Assembly (NCBI RefSeq): GCF_009914755.1
Contig: NC_060941.1
Length of the DNA: 64,000 nucleotides
Direction: 5' to 3' (one strand)
From: the human T2T-CHM13v2.0 reference genome, Homo sapiens
Shown here piece by piece: positions 56,228-64,000 of this stretch. The notes beneath the pieces are model-generated. The model worked only from the letters and a program-made list of their open reading frames with translations. It had not been told where the DNA came from and made no database searches. The first letter of the stretch is position 1. Every line of letters starts with the position of its first letter. Made by a program: the position numbers and the translations under genes.

Positions 56228-56904
56228 CGGGCAAATGAGCAATGAAGTTGGTTCCTGATCTATCAAAAGAAGTCCATATGGCAGGTTCACGTGAATGGCA
56301 GTCTCAGTACAGGAACCACGGTCAACTTATTTGGAATTCACCATCTCCACATCTTCACGTGTCTTATGAGATCAAAAGAGGAGATCCAAACAAAACCATC
56401 TCAAAGGAAGGAAGCAGTGCGAGTTGCAGAGAATGCACACATATTTAGAGTTAACTCCAGATGACCTTAAAACAATCATGTCATTCTTCAGCTTTGTCCT
56501 AACTAGTTAAGCACTGATCAGTTTGACTGTTTCGCATTAACCAGGCAAAATCGTGCGTTTGATCCTCACATTTATTTGACAAATATTAATTAACTGCCAA
56601 CTCTGTGTATATTTAGTGAAAGAGACAAAGTCCCGGTTCTTCTGAAGCTTGTGTTCCGCTTGGGAGTAAATAAATGAATCCACAATGGGGTGGTAAGCTT
56701 CTCTTCCAAAGGCATCATCTGGAAGCCCCAACCCCGCTGACCACTTACAAATGCACAGGATCTCAACAGGAACAACAAGGCAGAGGAGAGACTCAACCAA
56801 CTACACAAGCACCTCCACTTTCATCCAAACACCTCAAAGCTAAGGGAAGGGAGGCAGAATCATCTCAATTGGCAAAAAATAGTAGATATTTCTTGAAACC
56901 TAGG

Positions 56905-57590
<686 letters not shown>

Positions 57591-57777
57591 CCAAGCAGAA
57601 ATAGGTCCAAACAAACACAAGTTTTCATTTAAAACATGTGTCTCTAATGCGGGAGAGGAGAAGGCTTAAAATCTAATCACATAAATGCATCCATTTATTT
57701 TAAAAAATACTGAAACAATTTTCTTGGATAAGTTCCTTTCATGAAGGAATCTCACAAAAGGGATACCAGGCTGCTGT

Positions 57778-57816
<39 letters not shown>
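57778..57816. repeat. (CA)~19 perfect microsatellite
   Basis: Read directly. Confidence 0.95.
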
Positions 57817-57818
<2 letters not shown>

Positions 57819-58621
57819 CTTCTTGTTTTTTCACTGTCATGATGATGAGAGTTAAGAAAGAGAACCTAATGATTCAGATCTTTTATTTCATTATCTGCTT
57901 CCAACCAAATGTTGAAAATGAACACATATGCCCTTCCTCTCATCTATTCTCATTTGTCTAGACATCGCTACTGTCATCACTTATTTGCGATGTCCTCTAT
58001 GAATGTCTTTTAATAAAGGTGCCAACACCCCCATGTAACTTTGTCTCAACTAAACAAACACACACAAAAAAGCCTCCTGCCCCTGTTTGAGCTACCCTTG
58101 TACAAGTTTTCAGTCCCCTTTGGGTATCCACCTCTTCTGTCACATAAAGGCAGCTGCCCTGCAGTATCACGGTTAAGGTAGACCTACAGATGGCCAGAAT
58201 CCTGGGAACAGAGAGGCTTTGGGAAGGCCGGTCTCTCCCTCTGTAGAAACCCCCCTCCCTAACCCTGCTGACACCTGGTGTCTGTGTGATATGCCACGGG
58301 CCATGGAGTCACAGCTCTTTGTTTGTTTATATGCTTTAATTATTTCTAATTCTACATCTCCTGCTGACATCCGAGGAATCACTGCAGCAATAAAAGATAT
58401 GTTTCACTATGAAAGTATGTCAGCTGATTTTCCTTCCTTTGTCTTCTTTCTTTTTATAATGTGATTGATGCGTAACTGGGGGAAGGAATAAAAGGAGAAC
58501 CATTTCATTACAGAAGAAATGCCGCAGCATTAATACGCATTAAGCTGCAACTGTGTATTTGATTGAAGCCCATCTGGTAAGGTGCAGCTTACAGAGACCC
58601 TGGTTTTCATTTAGAACATTT

Positions 58622-59140
<519 letters not shown>

Positions 59141-61854
59141 TAGAAAGAGTTACGATGATCAATCAGGACGCCATAGCTCCCTGTAATGCTGGAAACTCAC
59201 AGACCCTCTTTTTACTGTAAAGAGAAGAATTTCGCTAGTTTCTCTAGGAAGACTCCCTGCTCACCTTCACGCATCCCATAGATTTCTGTTAAGTGTCAAC
59301 TCTGTATCAGAGATGCTCCAGGTACTGGCAATTCAAAAAAGCCAAGTCTCCTGTCCTCATGAATCCTACATTCTCCTTCGAGAGACAGATGATAATAAAC
59401 CCATCATGATAAACTAAAAAATAAGAGTGTCAGGTAGTGATAATGCCAAAAGAAAAATAAGCCATATCTGTAATTCACAGCCATCCAAAACATTGCCTGG
59501 CACAAACCAGAACCTAGCCCATATAATACAGGCTGGTTTCTGGTTTGTGCCGGGTGATGTTCCAAGCATTTTACATGTACTAGCCCATTATTAACTGTAA
59601 AGACAGTGTTCCTTTAGGGAAGATGCCAAGAGAGGTCTTTGTGGGAAGATGGTATTTGTTCTTCCCTTACTTTCAGGTTTTTGCTCAAACACTGACTCCC
59701 TCTTCCCCTCCATCTCTTTTCACCTTTCTATCAATCTATATTCTGTGGGTTGCATTGCTTTATTTCGGCGTTTTCGGGGCAGGGAGACGAGCACTAAGAA
59801 AATCCCGCCCTAACTTCACTTAGAAGCTGCCCTTTTAAAAGCTAGACAGAGATCCGTTATCTCCACCTGTACCCACTCCCGCCTGTACCCCCCGCTTCCC
59901 CCATGTGCTCCCTCCAACATTTAGCCTTCAGAACAACCAGGGTCAGCTATGCAGCGTGGGAGCTACAGAAAGTATCTCCGGAGTAATGCCAAGGACAGCT
60001 CCTTCGCTATCTCCATACCTGGCAAAACCTCCACATGCCTCTGATCCCAGGCACTGGCCTCCCAGGGCTCTTTTTAGACACCTTTCCAGGATTCTCAACA
60101 TTCCTCCAACTCTCAATTATTGATAGGGAAGAGGAATACATCCCTCTGAATTTCAAGAAACAGCATGGAGGGAGAGGCCAGCTCGCTTTGCTAGCTTTAT
60201 CATAGCGTCCCTGGCGGTGGGGGAAAGTCAGAAGCTCCTGCTGTGGCAAAGTGGCTCTCAACCTGCTGGGCTGACATGCCCCGCATATCCCCCACCCCCC
60301 TGCTGCCATGGAGCCCCATCTGCTCACTGGGCATGGGGACTGCAGGTTGAGGGCACTGGAGCTCTTTACCAGGACACCTAAAATAAATACAGCCTTGGCC
60401 CGTGCATGAGGAACCAAGGCCCTCAGGGAGAAATTCCTTCTCTACATCCCTCTCTTCTTTACTTGATATTGTTGTTTACATTTCTGGTTTGGTTTGGTTT
60501 GATTTGGTTTTCATCTCTGCAATGCCTTTCTATCCATATTACCTCACTCAATCCTTATAGCCCTGCAAGGTCGGCAAAGTGCGAGCGTGATCCTTCTTAG
60601 GGCAAACACGTGACCAACGCAAGCTGTTCTTGACTTTCCACAGCAGCCCCGACAGTCTGCTCTGCTGCCCATCAGAGGGTCAGTGAGTCACTCTTTCCCA
60701 TCTCCACAACACACAGTGCTTCAGGTAGGCCTCTGGGGCTCTGAATAGTTCAAGTGTGCTGTGTCACCTTGCAGCTCCCAAATGTCAAGGTGTCAAATAC
60801 AAGGGCTCTTTCTCCAGCTGCAAGGTCACCCCCTCTCCTTCTCCATTGTTCCCTCTCCCGATCCTCTTTCCCTGTCCTTCTTCCCGCATCCCCACCCACT
60901 CCAAACCCAGCTCAGTACAGAAAGCAGGGTGTGGGCCAATGGAGGCATGAGGTACCACCCACCCACCACCCAGGGCCACGGAACTTGAGACTCCTGTCCT
61001 CTTAGAATGGAATTATTATCATAATGATTCTTCTTCTTGGTGGGGGGCCAATCCCTGGCTCGGAATAAACAGAGCAACTTCCACCCACTTTGGAAAGGCC
61101 ATGCAGAAAGGCAGGAGCTGAAGAAGAAGAATAGCACTTTCCAGAACAAAAAGAGAGGAAATAGAGAGAAAAAGAAAGAAAGATGATGAAATAATGTGAA
61201 GGAGGTGAGGGGGCAGGAGGTAGGAAAGCAGCTCTGCAACTTGCCTTACATTAAACCAAAAAGGCTGCACAAAACAATATGTATATCTCCTTCAAGAAAT
61301 AAAATCCTGGGGCTGTGCAGTGTGGCCTGCTGTCCCAGGCAGGAGGAGGGCAACTGTTAGTGGCTGATGTCTCCAGAGCCCCCCAAAAGAAACAAGTCAC
61401 CTGAGAAACAGGCCAGAGCATCACTGAAGGGACAGAGCTACCTGCATATTAAGTCTACAAGGGCGAACTAAGGCCCCCCCTACAAAGCACGTTGGGTGTC
61501 ATAGAACCGCAGACCCTGCAGCCCTCAAACCTTGCTGCAAGCAGCTTGGTGCATCTGCTCCAGGTCCCAGTACCAACCTTCAACAGGTCTTAAGTCCCAT
61601 CACCTCCTTTCTGGCTCTTCCTCACTGGGGTGAGTCATTGCTACTAACAACCGTGTCTGAGGATGGCAAAACAAAGCAACCTGTGATGATTGTCAGCGTC
61701 TGGGAGGCAAACCTGACCTCCGCCAAACCCGCACACACCTTCTATCGCACGGATTCAGGACGGGGGAGCTCTGTTCATTTTGTTCTGAGGTTTCATTCAA
61801 CTCAGGCTGTGATGACCCTGCACGTTGCTGGCCCATGAAGGGCAGTCTCTTCGT

Positions 61855-62109
61855 TTTTTTAAATTTTGTATTTGTTATTTTTGAGAGACAGAGTCTCACT
61901 CTGTTGCCCAGGCTGGAGTGCAGTGGTGTGATCTCAGCTCACTGCAACCTCTGCCTCCCTAATTAAAGTGATTCTCCTGTCTCAGCTTCCCAGTAGCTGG
62001 GATTACAGGTGCCCGCCACCATGCCCGGCTAATATTTGTATTTTTAGTAGAAACAGGGTTTCACCATGTTGGCCAGGCTGGTCTCAAACTCCTGACCTCA
62101 AGTGATCCG
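61855..62109 (-). mobile_element. 5'-truncated AluS
   Basis: Reverse Alu ending at aagtgatccg; TSD ggcagtctctt. Confidence 0.92.
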
Positions 62110-63113
62110 AGGAAGGCAGTCTCTTTAATTGAAGCTTGTCAACAAGTCAGAGCTCCCTGAGGAAAGGCCAAGGCCAAGGTCAGGGGACTAATTGGTGCCC
62201 CCTGCCAGCTACAGCTACATGGAAGCCAAGTGTTACACGCCAGTGGAAAAGGGTACAGGGATCTCAAGAGGAGCCACCCAAGGGGCTTGGGACGTGCAGT
62301 TGCCAGGGAAGGGGCTGGCGGGTGGCCTGCCTGGGGCCCAGCATAGGTGCTGCCTCCTCCCATTCCCCAGCCTCTGCCTCCTGCCATCCTCACTTAACCC
62401 CAGACACACAAGGCAACGTTCAATAATTGATGCTGTTTTTATTACTGAGAAGTTGCCATAATAATGACACTCGTAACACAATCTTTTAAATTATTCCACA
62501 TAATGGAAAAAAAATTAAATGTCGCCCCTGATCAACAGTCAGAATATGGATGGTGCTTACATAACACATGACCTTCTCTCCTCGGGAGCCCGGCACCAGG
62601 CAGCTGCCCAGGGCCAGGCTGGCTCCCGGTGATGAGCAGCCAGCTAAGAAGCAAACAGGGACACAGAGTGGCACAGACACTGAGGCAGAGGGTACAGTCC
62701 TGCCTCGGGTGTCAGGCAGGTCACCGCTGTCTTCTTTGCCCTGGTTAACCTATACATTCAGGGATCATGGGTCATAGTCAGAATCCCTAAAGACAAGGAG
62801 GATGACGGTTTAAGTACTTGGTCTCTCCTGGTTTTTTAATGCAATTCTTGCCTTGTCCAAAGCACTAGGATTGTACCTCTAACTCAGCTTCAGTTCATTC
62901 CTTGTACAGTAATAATGCTATATCCAATCAGTGGACAGCAAGGCAGGTTTTCAAGCTTTGAATTATTCTACACTTGAGGTTTTTAAAATCTTGGCCAAAG
63001 AAGCCTGAGCTCCTTCCTCCAGGAAGCCTTCCTAGATGTACTCAACCTAGTATGGATCAAATGTACTCCCTTCCATCCTCCCCTGGTATCCTGAATAGGC
63101 TTTAACTTTTCAG

Positions 63114-63436
<323 letters not shown>

Positions 63437-64000
63437 TGACTTTTCAGTTTTCTTAAGCATCTCAAAGCCATGAGGCTCAAAATGGCAGCTGTGTCTCGCG
63501 GCCCTACTGTCAGGGCCCAGCACACGGTCTGTGTTCAATAATTCAATTAATTTATCTGAACGAACGAAATGACAGAGGCTCCAAAATAAGAGGGAAATGT
63601 TGCATAATACAGAACATACCGATCTAGGGTAACCACAAGTGGTTAGGCCCTGAGAAAAGAGAGGATTGGTGCACAGAGGGGAAGAAAAGGCTTAAAAGAA
63701 TTAACGATTTTCTAGCTAATGCCAAAAAGCGTGACGTTCCATCCACCCCTGCCGTCTATCCTCTTGATGATTAAGATAATCAATATCAGCCCTGCGACCA
63801 CATGAGGACGGGTAGATACCTATCCTATGACTCCCCAGTGAAAGCTTCCATCTCCATCCTCCTTTCTGGCATAAATAGTCAGAGTGGGACAGCCTAGCTC
63901 ACTCCCTTTTAAGGTAAGATCTTTCCACCCTGAAGCCCACGATCCCTCCAATGCCACATCTTCCAGCTTCGTCCCCATCACCTTCATGACCTTAACATGA

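Noticed and set aside
55801-56290. Repeat-protein ORFs on both strands (KTPLQASSPHAH)n; superficial CRISPR-like periodicity
   Set aside because: A 36-bp stop-free unit is open in several frames by construction. There are no unique spacers and the context is eukaryotic, so it is a VNTR.

Overview
This is Alu-dense human (or very close primate) genomic DNA inside SLC39A11 (ZIP11 zinc transporter), which is transcribed on the minus strand. The only supportable coding sequence is one internal exon: 55651->55528 with a GT donor, or 55651->55507 with an in-frame GC donor that adds GRAGLLS. The rest is intronic: about 45 Alus, L1/L2/MIR fragments, MaLR and ERVL LTRs, DNA-transposon MITEs and several tandem repeats. 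Nearly all ORFs in the supplied track are Alu-derived or low-complexity artefacts. I see no new protein-coding system. The most interesting unexplained structures are three locally templated 120-190 bp duplications that share the same polarity, a 31-bp-stem hairpin, an apparent gene-conversion tract between inverted AluY copies, a CpG-rich 36-bp VNTR with CRE half-sites next to the exon, RFX X-box motifs, an antisense solo LTR and candidate cryptic or recursive splice sites. Repeat family names and boundaries were assigned by eye and are approximate.
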